Below are positions 41,562-51,270 of a stretch of DNA of 64,000 nt, in pieces (positions within the stretch are counted from its first letter, which is position 1; each line of letters begins with the position of its first letter). Position numbers and translations under genes: made by a program. Under the pieces are notes generated by a model that had not been told where the DNA came from, did not search any database, and worked only from the letters and a program-made list of their open reading frames with translations. Source of the DNA: Candidatus Aminicenantes bacterium. Lineage in GTDB: Bacteria; Acidobacteriota; Aminicenantia; Aminicenantales; Saccharicenantaceae. The stretch covers positions 38,859 through 102,858 of the forward strand of contig CAWCND010000009.1 of assembly GCA_963796835.1 (NCBI GenBank), read 5' to 3'.

Positions 41562-41867
41562 TTAATCCAGGCGGAACCCGTAATCATCGGTCTTCTTGTC
41601 CGGCCCTTTCTTGTCCGCGGCCCTGTCTGCCCCGGCCTTCGACGGGGCTCCCGTTTTTCGATCCGGCGTGCCGCCGAGGTCGAATTTGTAGTCCGTCATC
41701 TTCCTCTTAAGGTCTTCCTTGACCGCCTTCCTCATCTCCCGCTTCCGTCGCAGAGGGTAGAACGGCGACCGGATGCGTTTCCCGAAACATGACATGTTCG
41801 GGTTGAGGATGAGGAGCAGCACGAAAGCCCCAAAGATCACCAGGATGGCATAAGCTCCCCAGCTCAT
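41562..41867 (-). CDS. Small hypothetical membrane protein (single TM, basic/Lys-rich tail)
   Basis: MSWGAYAILVIFGAFVLLLIL TM helix followed by a charged tail. Confidence 0.4.
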   Translation of the reverse strand: MSWGAYAILVIFGAFVLLLILNPNMSCFGKRIRSPFYPLRRKREMRKAVKEDLKRKMTDYKFDLGGTPDRKTGAPSKAGADRAADKKGPDKKTDDYGFRLD

Positions 41868-41914
41868 GGCGAGACCCTTTTTCTTTATGCTGGACGAAGT
41901 GTCCGTCCCGAGGC

Positions 41915-42049
41915 TCAAACATTACTTTCGGGCTCTTCCTGGAACTTCGGGATCTTGGCCTTTTCTTTCTCCTGGCCGAGGGAGAAACCCAGGAAGAAAA
42001 CCGAGCCGAGCGTCAGCAGCGCCAGCAGGAATTTGAAGAAGCCTTTCAT
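41915..42049 (-). CDS. Small hypothetical membrane peptide (44 aa) with RBS GGAAGG
   Basis: Hand-translated: MKGFFKFLLALLTLGSVFFLGFSLGQEKEKAKIPKFQEEPESNV. Confidence 0.35.
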   Translation of the reverse strand: MKGFFKFLLALLTLGSVFFLGFSLGQEKEKAKIPKFQEEPESNV

Positions 42050-42090
42050 CTCAACCTTCCGTCCTCCTTTATATCAAAAACGAGGAAAAA

Positions 42091-42398
42091 GTCAAACCCT
42101 CGAGTCCCCGGCATGAATGCAGGGGCTTGTTCGGGGTTACTACGGGGAGCAGTAAGTATATTACATAATCCTTGCTGCTCCCCGAGTACTAGCCGGGCGA
42201 TAGAGAAATCTGAAGACAATTATATCCTGCCCGGCTTAGTAACCCTGAGCCTCGCTTCTTATCCCCGCCCTGAAGCTCCACGGACTTACCCCGACTTTTG
42301 CGGTCTTTGGAGCGCCTGTCCCCGGAGCGGGGGTTCGCTATTCCTCTGTCCCGCGAAGGGGGTTGAAAGGCGGGGCTTAGCGTCGGCGAACGGGTCAA
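42091..42398. mobile_element. MITE-like repeat element copy B (intergenic), with the central ~95 bp segment inverted relative to copy A and a ~95 bp internal partial duplication in the right arm
   Basis: Left arm (gtcaaaccctcgagtccccggcatgaatgcaggggcttgttcggggttacta) and right arm (gtaaccctgagcctcgcttctt...ttgaaaggcggggcttagcgtcggcgaacgggtcaa) match copy A. The core is the reverse complement of copy A's core. Confidence 0.7.
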
Positions 42399-42455
42399 TT
42401 TGCTTTTTATAGGCGACCCCCCTATATTGGAAGGAGATGGTCCCGGGAAACGAGG

Positions 42456-43924
42456 ATGGCCATGAAAACAAGGTCTGCCCTGATGATCGCGCTTCTCATC
42501 GCCCCGCTTGTCGCGGGCGAGGTCGATAAGATCAAGCCGGCGTACGTGGCCGGCCAGTTCTACGAAAAGGACCCGGCCCGGCTGTCCGCCGAGATCGATC
42601 TCTTTCTCGCGAACGCCAAGCCGGCGGCCCCGGTCTCGGGGAAGATCCGGGCTTTGATCGTCCCCCATGCCGGGCATGTCTTTTCCGGCCAGACGGCCGC
42701 TTACGCTTATGCCCTCGTCAAGGGCGGCCCTTATGAAACGGTCGTCATCATCGGCCCTTCCCATCATTTCTGGTTCCAGGGATGCTCCATCTATCCGGGG
42801 GAAGGATTCGCGACGCCGCTCGGCACGGCCCGGATTGACTCGGCTCTCGCGCAGGCCATCAGCAAGGCGGGCGGTTTCACCTTCGTCCCCGAGGCTTACT
42901 TCGTCCCGGGAGCGGATGTCCAGGAGCATTCGGTTGAGGTCCAGATCCCGTTCATCCAGAAGGTCCTCCCCGACGCGAAGATCGTCCCGATCGTCATGGG
43001 CGCTCAAGTCAAGCCGACGGTCCAGGCCCTGGCCGCGGCCCTGGAAAAAGCCTGCGCCGGGAAAAATGTCCTCGTCGTCGCCTCGACGGACCTCTCCCAT
43101 TTCCTGTCCAAGAGCGCGGCCGCCGCGACGGACGCCGATACGATCTCCCTCATCCGGTCGGTCAAGACCGACATCCTCCTCCGAAAGGTCGAGGCCGGCG
43201 ATAACATCATGTGCGGCGGAGGCCCGGTCGTCTCCGCCCTTCTCTACGCCAGGCGGACGGGACCTCTCCGGGTCGACATCCTCAAGCACTCAGACTCCTC
43301 CGATTCAGGAGGTCCGGAGGACCGGGTCGTCGGTTACCTGGCGGCGGCCCTTGTCTCCGGCCCCGAAGCCCCCTCCTCGGAGGAGTACTCGCTCACGGCG
43401 GAAGAGCGGGCCGAGATCCTCGGCTTGGCCCGCTCGGCTGTCAACGAATTCGTCGGCCGGCAGGCGGTCGTCGCCTATCAGACCGTGGATCCGAACCTCC
43501 TGGCCCGGCGGGGCGTTTTCGTGACGCTCAAGAAGCGCGGCGAGCTCCGGGGCTGCATCGGTTTCATCGAACCTGTCGCCCCGCTCTATCAGGCCGTCAT
43601 CCAGGCTTCCATCTATGCCGCCACAGAAGACCCCCGCTTCCCTCAGGTCGGTCCAGGAGAGCTCAAGGACCTCGCCTTCGAGGTCTCCGTCCTCACGCCC
43701 CTCAAGGAGATCACGGATCCCGACCTCGTCCAGGTCGGCCGCCATGGCATCGTCATCTCGAGAGGCGGACAAAAGGGCGTGCTCCTGCCCCAGGTCCCCG
43801 TGGAGAACGGCTGGGACCGCAAGACCTTTCTCGAGGAAGGCTGCCTCAAGGCCGGCCTCCCGGCCGACGCCTGGAAAAAGGGGCCAAGATCTCCGTCTTC
43901 GAGGCCATCGTCTTCCACGAATAG
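42456..43924 (+). CDS. Fused AmmeMemoRadiSam system protein B (MEMO1-like) and protein A (AMMECR1 domain); C-terminal frameshift near 43880
   Basis: N-terminal half carries MEMO1 motifs (YVAGQFY, IVPHAGHVFSG, IIGPSHH, EHSVEVQIPFIQ). C-terminal half is AMMECR1 (RRGVFVTLKK.GELRGCIGF, GIVISRGGQKGVLLPQV). Confidence 0.8.
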
Positions 43925-44048
43925 GCCCCGCGCGTCCTGCCCCGGCTCCGGCGATAGCTTCCGCTCCCATTGAGGTTGAGCTCGCGGGATTCCCTTTATC
44001 GCTTCAGCCATTTCCGAGGGTTCGACGGGGCGGAAAGATGGTTTTTTC

Positions 44049-44057
44049 TGGTATAAT
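44049..44057 (+). promoter_or_regulatory. Extended -10 promoter element TGgTATAAT upstream of fmdB
   Basis: tggtataat lies about 45 nt upstream of the ATG. A GGAGG RBS is at about 44080. Confidence 0.4.
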
Positions 44058-44101
44058 ACGATATCACGGCGAGGGCCCGGAGGCCGAAAGAGATACGCAT
44101 C

Positions 44102-44380
44102 ATGCCCATTCATGAATACAGGTGCAAGAAGTGCGGGGCGACCGTCGAAGTCCTTCAACGAACCAAGGACAAGCCTCCCGAAAAATGCCAGAAATGCGGC
44201 GGCCCGCTGGTGAAGCTCATCTCCTCGCCGGCCATCCAATTCAAGGGGAGCGGCTGGTACGTCACGGATTACGCTAAGAAGAATTCCCCCTCTTCGGAGC
44301 CCAAGCCGGCCGCGAATCCCGAGCCCGCCAAAGAAAAGAAGGGCGGCTCCAAGCCTTCCCCCTCATCGTCCTCGGACTGA
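44102..44380 (+). CDS. FmdB family zinc-ribbon protein
   Basis: Begins MPIHEYRCKKCG...CQKCGG (CxxC...CxxC), with a Ser/Pro-rich tail. Confidence 0.8.
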   Translation: MPIHEYRCKKCGATVEVLQRTKDKPPEKCQKCGGPLVKLISSPAIQFKGSGWYVTDYAKKNSPSSEPKPAANPEPAKEKKGGSKPSPSSSSD

Positions 44381-44461
44381 GTCCGTCTTCGCCCGGCCCG
44401 GCTTTTTGACACGCGCGGAAGCCTCGGGATAGAATGGCCCCATGAAGACCGTCGGCCGGAC

Positions 44462-45103
44462 ATGCCCATGAGAAAGAGGCGGGCCGTTTTCCTCGACCGA
44501 GACGGGACCCTCAACCGTGACATCGGCTATCCCGGTCACTGGAGCCAGGTCCACGTCTATCCCTACGCCTTTGAGGCCGTCCGCAGGATCCGGGCGGCCG
44601 GGCTGGCGGCCGTGGTCGTCACCAACCAGTCCGGCGTCGCCCGCGGGTGCTTCAGCGAGGACGAGCTCCGGGAACTCCACCGGGAGTTCGGAGCGGCCTT
44701 CGAAAAGCAACAGGCCGCGCTCGACGGGTTTTTCTATTGTCCCCACGGCCCGCGGCTCGCAGCCGCCGCTCCGGCTGCCGGCTGCACCTGCGCCAAGCCG
44801 GGCCCTTCGCTGGGCCTCAGGGCCGCCGCCGAGCTCGGCTTGAGCCTCGACGGCTCGTACATGGTCGGGGACAAGGCGGGCGACGTCCAGTTCGGCCTGA
44901 ACATCGGGGCCGTCCCCATCCTGGTCCTGACCGGGTACGGGCGGAAGGCCCTCCGGGATCTCGAAAAGGTGCACGGCTGCCCCGCCCATGTCGCCGAAAA
45001 CCTGGCCGCGGCCGCGGACTGGATCGTCGAGCGGGAAAAGCCCGCCGTGCGCCTTTCAAGAGATCGCCCTTCGAGGAAACGCTCCGGCCATGATCCGGTT
45101 TGA
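44462..45103 (+). CDS. gmhB: D-glycero-beta-D-manno-heptose-1,7-bisphosphate 7-phosphatase / HAD-IIIA hydrolase
   Basis: Contains AVFLDRDGTLN (DxDGT), the zinc-binding C..H..C.C cluster and GDKAGD. Confidence 0.7.
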   Translation: MPMRKRRAVFLDRDGTLNRDIGYPGHWSQVHVYPYAFEAVRRIRAAGLAAVVVTNQSGVARGCFSEDELRELHREFGAAFEKQQAALDGFFYCPHGPRLAAAAPAAGCTCAKPGPSLGLRAAAELGLSLDGSYMVGDKAGDVQFGLNIGAVPILVLTGYGRKALRDLEKVHGCPAHVAENLAAAADWIVEREKPAVRLSRDRPSRKRSGHDPV

Positions 45104-47000
45104 CGATATCCTCGAAAAGGTCTCCTCCTACATCAGCGAGAAGGAGGCCCTGGTCCTTCAGAAGGCCTATGTCTTCGCGGCCAGGGCCCACAAGGGGCAG
45201 GTCCGGCGTTCCGGGGAGCCCTACCTCAGCCATCCTCTGGAAGTCACGAATATTCTCGCGGACATGCGCCTCGATAAGACGACCTTGGTCGCCGCCCTCC
45301 TCCACGACGTCCTCGAGGACACGGACATCACGGCCGCCGAGATCAAGGAGACCTTCGGCAAGGAAGCGGCCGACCTCGTCGAGGGCGTCACCAAGATCAG
45401 CCGTGTCCAGGACACCTCGCCCGAGGCCCGCCGGGCCGAGACCATCCGGAAGATCATCCTGGCCATGACCGACGACATCCGGGTCATCTTCATCAAGCTC
45501 GCCGACCGGATCCACAACCTTCAGACGCTCCGGTTCCTGGGCGAGGAGAAGCAGGCCCAGGTCGCCCGCGAGACCCTCGAGATCTATGCCCCGATCGCCA
45601 ACCGCCTCGGGATGGGCCGCATCCGGGCCGAGCTCGAGGACCTCTCCTTCCGTTACGTCGACCCCGAGGGGTTCGCCAAGGTCGGGGCCCTCGCCGGGCC
45701 GCAGAAGAAGCGGGCGGACAAGGACCTCCGCGAGACGAAGAAGGCGCTCGAGACCCTGATGAAGAAGAACAAGATCCCGGCCGAGGTCTTCTCCAGGATC
45801 AAGAGGCCTTACAGCATCTGGACCAAGATGAAGAAGAGGGACGTCGGTTTCGACCAGGTCTACGATTTCCTGGCCCTCCGGCTCATCACCGATTCCATCA
45901 AGAATTGCTACGCCGCCCTGGGCGTCATCCACCAGCGCTGGCCGCACCTGCCGCAGCGCTTCCGAGATTTCATCGCCATGCCCAAGCCCAACCTTTACCA
46001 GTCCCTCCACACGACGGTCATCACGGAAGGGCGGAAGATGTTCGAGATCCAGATCCGGACCCGGGAGATGCACGACCTCGCGGAGAACGGGATCGCCGCC
46101 CACTGGCGCTACAAAGAGGACGCGCCCCAAAGCCTGGTCAAGGAAGACCGGCGCCTCCGCTGGCTCCGGGAGATGGTCGCCCTCTATAAGGAGCAAAAGA
46201 ACCCTCAAGAGTTCCTGAGGAGCCTGAAGGCCAACCTCATCCCCGAAGAGGTCTACGTCTTCACGCCCAAAGGGAAGGTCATCAACCTGCCGGCCGGGGC
46301 GACCGCTCTCGACTTCGCCTTCAAGATCCACTCGGAGATCGGTCTCCACGCCGCGGGCGCGAGGATCAACGGGACGCCGGCGACGCTCAAGTCGCCGCTC
46401 AAGACCGGGGACATCGTCGAGATCCTGACCTCCGACGAAAGGACGCCGACCCGGGCCATCCTCGGCGCCGCCACGACCTCGGGGGCGCGCCAGCAGATCA
46501 AGCGGTGGCTCAATGCCAAGAGCGGGGCGAAGAGGGGCGACTTGGGGAAACAGATCCGGCTGAAAAAAGTTCAGGTCAGGGCTCTCGGCGACCCGATGAT
46601 CCGGCTGGCGAAATGCTGCTCACCGATCAAGGGGGAGCCCGTCGTCGGCTACGCCACGGCGGGCAAGGGGATCACGGTCCATTCCCTGCGCTGCCCGCTC
46701 GTGGCCAAGGAGATCCTCGACGGCCGGCGCCTGGTCGACGTTTCCTGGAGCCCTTCGCTCGCGGGGACGTTCAAGGCCAGCCTCCTCATCAAGTCCAAGG
46801 ACTCGCCCGGAGTCCTGGGCAAAGTGGCGACGGCCATCGCCCGGCTCGACGGGAACATCGCCAAAGCGGAGGTCGCCACGTTCGCCAGCGGAAAGGCCCA
46901 GATCAACCTGGCGGTCCTCATCGCGGATATCCGGCACCTCGAGGAGATCAAGCGGCGGATCGCCGGCATGGAGGAAGTGGTGTCGGTCGAGCGGGTCTGA
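45090..47000 (+). CDS. rel: Bifunctional (p)ppGpp synthetase/hydrolase Rel/SpoT (RSH)
   Basis: HD domain (HPLEVTNILADM...HDVLEDT), synthetase domain (RIKRPYSIWTKM, YQSLHTTV), TGS (VFTPKGKVINLP) and a C-terminal ACT domain. Confidence 0.9.
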   Translation: MIRFDDILEKVSSYISEKEALVLQKAYVFAARAHKGQVRRSGEPYLSHPLEVTNILADMRLDKTTLVAALLHDVLEDTDITAAEIKETFGKEAADLVEGVTKISRVQDTSPEARRAETIRKIILAMTDDIRVIFIKLADRIHNLQTLRFLGEEKQAQVARETLEIYAPIANRLGMGRIRAELEDLSFRYVDPEGFAKVGALAGPQKKRADKDLRETKKALETLMKKNKIPAEVFSRIKRPYSIWTKMKKRDVGFDQVYDFLALRLITDSIKNCYAALGVIHQRWPHLPQRFRDFIAMPKPNLYQSLHTTVITEGRKMFEIQIRTREMHDLAENGIAAHWRYKEDAPQSLVKEDRRLRWLREMVALYKEQKNPQEFLRSLKANLIPEEVYVFTPKGKVINLPAGATALDFAFKIHSEIGLHAAGARINGTPATLKSPLKTGDIVEILTSDERTPTRAILGAATTSGARQQIKRWLNAKSGAKRGDLGKQIRLKKVQVRALGDPMIRLAKCCSPIKGEPVVGYATAGKGITVHSLRCPLVAKEILDGRRLVDVSWSPSLAGTFKASLLIKSKDSPGVLGKVATAIARLDGNIAKAEVATFASGKAQINLAVLIADIRHLEEIKRRIAGMEEVVSVERV

Positions 47001-47038
47001 TCCGAAGGGACGATCTTTTTGCTGATCTCAGCAGGGGG

Positions 47039-47230
47039 TCAACGGGCCTTGGCGACTTTCCCCGTCCGGAGGCACCTCGTGCAGACCCAGATCTGGCGAA
47101 CGCCCTTGGGAGTCTGGGCTTTGACGTGCTGGAGGTTGGGCTTCCACTTCTTCGGGGACGCCTTGTGCGAATGGCTGATGCTATGCCCGAACACAGGCCC
47201 TTTTTGGCAGATCTCGCAAACTTTCGGCAT
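47039..47230 (-). CDS. rpmB: 50S ribosomal protein L28
   Basis: MPKVCEICQKGPVFGHSISHSHKASPKKWKPNLQ... is typical of L28. Confidence 0.85.
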   Translation of the reverse strand: MPKVCEICQKGPVFGHSISHSHKASPKKWKPNLQHVKAQTPKGVRQIWVCTRCLRTGKVAKAR

Positions 47231-47354
47231 GGTCGTCGCTCTCTCGTTCCAAATTGAAGCTGATTTTATACCATAAAACGCCCGGCAAGGCAAATGGGGG
47301 TGCTGCCCGCTTGACGGCCGCCCGGCAAGGGCGTAGTTTTATCCCGTCCGGCCC

Positions 47355-48092
47355 ATGACGAAGAAAGACGCGCTGATATCAGCCTTGGTCCTCGTCTGCG
47401 CGGCCGGCCTCAGCCGGTGCCGCCCGCAGGCCGGCCCCGTCGGAGTCCCTCCCGGGGCTCCTGCCGAAACGCCGGCCGTCCCAACTGCGGGGCCCTTGAG
47501 CGGCTACGAGACGATCGTGGTGGATTTCAAAGAGGTTGAGCCCATCCCGGACCTCGACCTCGGCCGCAGCCTCTCCGACTACGTCGAGGCGGAGCTGCGG
47601 AAGGTGTTCAAGGGCACGGTCTTCCGTCCCGCCGTCCGCCGGGATCCGGTGGCCCCCGGTGACGACAAGGACCTTTGGGCATCGGCCGGAGCCGGACTGA
47701 AGAAGGCCGTTTTTCTTGTCGGGACGGCGGCCCTCCGCGGTCAAGCGCAGAAGGCCCTGCTGGCGTCCGGCGTCCCGGCCGACGGCCCCTTCAAGCTCGA
47801 GAACCAGGGCCTCGTGGAGCGAAAGCGTTTCACCTTGGCCATCGAGTGGTCCCTGATCGACGTTTCAGGCGGCCGGACCATCCTGAAAAAAAGCTTCAAG
47901 GAAACGAGGACCTACAGCGACATCCAGCAGACGGCCGAATTCGCCCTTTTCGACCTCCTTCCCGCCGTCAAGGCCAGGCTTTTTCCCGCCCTTTTCGGCA
48001 GCCCCCGCGTTGAAAAGCGAGGCCTTATCCCGTCCTGGCCCAGCGGTCTCCCCGGCCCGCCGGAACGCGGTTTCCCCCAAAAAAAAGCTTGA
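47355..48092 (+). CDS. Secreted hypothetical protein
   Basis: N-terminal signal peptide. No recognisable domain. Confidence 0.45.
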   Translation: MTKKDALISALVLVCAAGLSRCRPQAGPVGVPPGAPAETPAVPTAGPLSGYETIVVDFKEVEPIPDLDLGRSLSDYVEAELRKVFKGTVFRPAVRRDPVAPGDDKDLWASAGAGLKKAVFLVGTAALRGQAQKALLASGVPADGPFKLENQGLVERKRFTLAIEWSLIDVSGGRTILKKSFKETRTYSDIQQTAEFALFDLLPAVKARLFPALFGSPRVEKRGLIPSWPSGLPGPPERGFPQKKA

Positions 48093-48156
48093 AATGGGGG
48101 GGTCAAAATGCTATGATGGCCGAGCTTTTCCCGAACCCGCCGTCGCCCGGGGAGGG

Positions 48157-48188
48157 TTTTCCACAGATGTGGAAAATTCTGTGGAAAA
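48157..48188. promoter_or_regulatory. DnaA-box cluster (TTTTCCACA / TGTGGAAAA x2) in the dnaA promoter region: predicted oriC part 1 and autoregulation site
   Basis: Three 9-mers, each one mismatch from TTATCCACA, two of them as an inverted pair, lie 15-45 nt upstream of the dnaA ATG. Confidence 0.6.
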
Positions 48189-48201
48189 ATTAATAGCACC
48201 C

Positions 48202-49533
48202 ATGGAACCTGAAGAAAAACAAAATCCTTGGATCCAACTCCTGCGGGCCGTCGAGGGGAAGATCGACCCGAACAGCTTCGAGACCTGGTTCGAGCCGACG
48301 AGCTTCATCGGCCAGGACCAGGAGTGCCTGTACATCAAGGTCCCCAATTCTTATTTCCGCGACTGGCTCTCCTTCCACTATTCGAACATCATCAGCGATT
48401 GTTCCAAGGAGCTTTTCAAGAAATCGCTGGAGGTCCGCTACATCTACGACGACACTCCCTCGGCCTTCATGCGGCGCTCACCCGAGGACCGGAAATCGAA
48501 GCAGGGCCTGTCCATCAATCCGAACCTCAACCCGAATTACACCTTCGAGAATTTCGTCGTCGGAAGCTCCAATCAGTTCGCCCACGCCGCCGCCCTGGCC
48601 GTCGCCAAGAACCCCGCCAAGTCCTACAACCCCCTCTACGTCTACGGAGGGGCCGGTCTCGGCAAGACCCACCTCATGAACGCCATCGGCCACTACTCTC
48701 TCGAGCACAACCACCGCCTCAAGATCCTCTACGTGACGACCGAAAAATTCATGAACGACCTCGTCAACCACCTCCAGTATGGAAAGATCCTCGAATTCCG
48801 CGATAAATACCGCAGCGTCGACGTCTTGCTGATGGACGACATCCACTATCTCTCCGGCCGGGAGCGGACGAAGGAAGAGTTTTTCCACACCTTCAACCAC
48901 CTTTATGACAGCCAGAAGCAGATCGTCATCTCGAGCGACTGCGCGCCCAAGGAGATCCCCCACCTCGAGGACCGCTTCCGCTCCCGCTTCGAGTGGGGGC
49001 TGATCGCCGACCTCAAGCCTCCCGACATCGAGACGCGGATCGCCATCCTCCAGAAAAAGGCGGAGGCCGAAGCGGTATCCCTGCCCGAATCCGTGGCCCT
49101 GTACATCGCCGACAAGGTCCAGTCCAATATCCGCGAGCTCGAGGGCTACCTCCGGAGGGTCATCGCCTTCGCCTCCCTTAAAGGCGAGAAGATCGACCTC
49201 GACCTGACGAAGGAAGCCCTGAAAGGCCTTCTAGACGCCTCGACGACGATCATCACTGTGGAAAAGATCCAGAAGCTCATCTGCCACAAGTTCAAGATCA
49301 AGCCCTCCCAGCTCAAGAGCAAGAACAACTCCCCCAAGATCGCCTTCCCCCGTCAGATCGCGATGTACCTGGCCAAGCAGATGACGAAATCCTCACTTCC
49401 GGAAATCGGCAAGAAATTCGGTGGAAAACATCACACCACCGTCATCCATTCCGTCCGGAAGATCGAGAAGCTTCGGGCCGACGATCCCGAATTCAACAAG
49501 GAAATCAACAGTCTCATCGTCTTCATCCAATGA
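48202..49533 (+). CDS. dnaA: Chromosomal replication initiator protein DnaA
   Basis: N-terminal domain, AAA+ Walker A (GGAGLGKTHL), sensor motifs and the C-terminal DNA-binding domain (KIAFPRQIAMYL, HTTVIHSVRKIE). Confidence 0.95.
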   Translation: MEPEEKQNPWIQLLRAVEGKIDPNSFETWFEPTSFIGQDQECLYIKVPNSYFRDWLSFHYSNIISDCSKELFKKSLEVRYIYDDTPSAFMRRSPEDRKSKQGLSINPNLNPNYTFENFVVGSSNQFAHAAALAVAKNPAKSYNPLYVYGGAGLGKTHLMNAIGHYSLEHNHRLKILYVTTEKFMNDLVNHLQYGKILEFRDKYRSVDVLLMDDIHYLSGRERTKEEFFHTFNHLYDSQKQIVISSDCAPKEIPHLEDRFRSRFEWGLIADLKPPDIETRIAILQKKAEAEAVSLPESVALYIADKVQSNIRELEGYLRRVIAFASLKGEKIDLDLTKEALKGLLDASTTIITVEKIQKLICHKFKIKPSQLKSKNNSPKIAFPRQIAMYLAKQMTKSSLPEIGKKFGGKHHTTVIHSVRKIEKLRADDPEFNKEINSLIVFIQ

Positions 49534-49559
49534 GCATGAACAGCGAGATGGGCCGGTTA

Positions 49560-49650
49560 TTCACATTTCCACAGGATCTTATTATTTTCTTTATGTATTT
49601 GATATGTCTTAATAAGAAGAATATAAATAAATCCGAGAACACGACGCGAA
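49560..49650. other. Predicted oriC DNA-unwinding element: ~80% AT stretch with an adjacent DnaA-box-like 9-mer (ATTTCCACA) between dnaA and dnaN
   Basis: tcttattattttctttatgtatttgatatgtcttaataagaagaatataaataaatcc in a 65% GC genome. Confidence 0.5.
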
Positions 49651-49660
49651 AGGTGCCGAC

Positions 49661-50762
49661 ATGAAATTCTCAGTCCCGAAAGAGATCTTTCTCGATGAGC
49701 TTCAACTCCTCCAAGGCATCGTCGAAAAGCGGAACACGATGCCGATCCTGGCCAACATCCTGATGAACGTGTCCGAAAAAGAAGTCGACTTAACGGGGAC
49801 GGACCTCGAAGTCGGCTTGAAGACGCACTTCTCCGCGGAGATCGAGAAGCCGGGCGCGATCACGGTCAACGGGAAGAAGATCTTCGAGATCGTCAAGTCG
49901 CTTCCGGAGGGCCAGGCCGTGACGGTCGAGCAGAAGGCCGAAACAATCGAGATCACAGCCGGGGAGAGTGAGTTCAAGGTCTTGTGCATGCAGAAGGAGG
50001 ATTATCCCCAGGTCCCGGAGGCCAAGTTCGAGAAAAAGATCGAGCTCCCCCTCAAAGACGTGAAGGCCATGATCGACCGGGTCTTTTACGCGATCACCCA
50101 GGAGCAGCGGTACTACCTCAACGGCGCGCTCCTGTCGCTCAAGAACAAGCACATGGAGCTCGTGAGCACGGACGGCCACCGGCTGTCGTATACGGCCAAG
50201 GCGGAGGAGCGGGCTCAAGGTCGAAAAAGAGCTCAGCGTCATCGTGGCCAAGAAAACCCTGAGTCGAGCTCCGGAAATTCGAGGACGAGGAGGTCGAGTT
50301 CGACCTCGACGAGAACAACCTCTTCTTCAAGGTCGGAGCTCGGACCCTGATCTCGCGGATCATCGAAAGCAAGTTCCCGAATTACCAGGCGGTCATCCCG
50401 AAGGACAACCCGAACCTCCTGTCCCTATCGACGGGAAGACCTGGCCGGGGCCATCCGCCGGGTCTCCCTGCTCTCGGCCGAGCGGTCGAAGGGGCATCAA
50501 GTTCTACCTCGAGAAGAACCGGATGAAGCTCTTCTCCTCGAACCCGGAGATCGGCGAAGCCAGGGACAGGCTGGATGTCGAGTACAAAGGCCAGGACATC
50601 GAGATCGGCTTCAACTCGCAGTACCTGCTGGACTTCCTGACGGCCGTCACGTCGGAGCGCGTGACGTTCGAGATCAAGGACGAGAACAGCGCCGTCCTCC
50701 TCAAGCCCGAAGGCGAGGAAGAGCTCAAGAATATCTATGTCCTGATGCCGATGAAGATCTGA
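49661..50762 (+). CDS. dnaN: DNA polymerase III beta subunit (sliding clamp); at least four indels between 50200 and 50520
   Basis: The N-terminal domain (49661..50220) and C-terminal domain (50500..50762) are in frame. The middle (LPKFEDEEVEFDLDENNLFFKVGARTLISRIIESKFPNYQAVIPK) is readable only in a third frame. Confidence 0.85.
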
Positions 50763-51270
50763 GCCGCCGGCCGACGAACGCGGCCAGCCAGGCGGCGAGC
50801 CTCTCGACCGCCGCCCGGACTCCGGGGGTCAGGGCCTCGCGGGCTTCAAAAGCCCCCGGTTCTATCCCGAGAACGACGACCCGGCAGCCGGTCGTCTTTT
50901 CCAGGTATGCGGCCAGCGTCGATAGCGGCGTCCTGTGCGTCGAAACGTCCTCGTCCGGGATCGAGGCGGGATCGAGAGCGAAAACCGTCCCCGGGGGATA
51001 TCCCCCGGCGGCCGCGTCGATGACGAGGACGTGGGACGGCCCGAAATCCCTGACCGCTCCCGTGAAATTCTCCGGCGCCTCGTGGGCGATGAAGATCTTC
51101 AGGCGGGGGTTGGCCGACGGCCCGGCGAGCCGGCCCAGCGCCTCGGCGCATAAAACACCGGCGGCGTCATCCCCCCGGGACACGTTCCCCACGCCGAGGA
51201 CAGCCAGCCTCTCCGGCCGGCCGAGCTCCCGCGCCAGCCACGCCTTCCACGCCGCGCGCTTCTTCATCAC
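50725..51270 (-). CDS. hycI: [NiFe] hydrogenase maturation endopeptidase (HycI/HyaD family)
   Basis: VLGVGNVSRGDDAAGV..., the size, and its position after the hydrogenase structural genes. Confidence 0.75.
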   Translation of the reverse strand: MMKKRAAWKAWLARELGRPERLAVLGVGNVSRGDDAAGVLCAEALGRLAGPSANPRLKIFIAHEAPENFTGAVRDFGPSHVLVIDAAAGGYPPGTVFALDPASIPDEDVSTHRTPLSTLAAYLEKTTGCRVVVLGIEPGAFEAREALTPGVRAAVERLAAWLAAFVGRRLRSSSASGHRYS

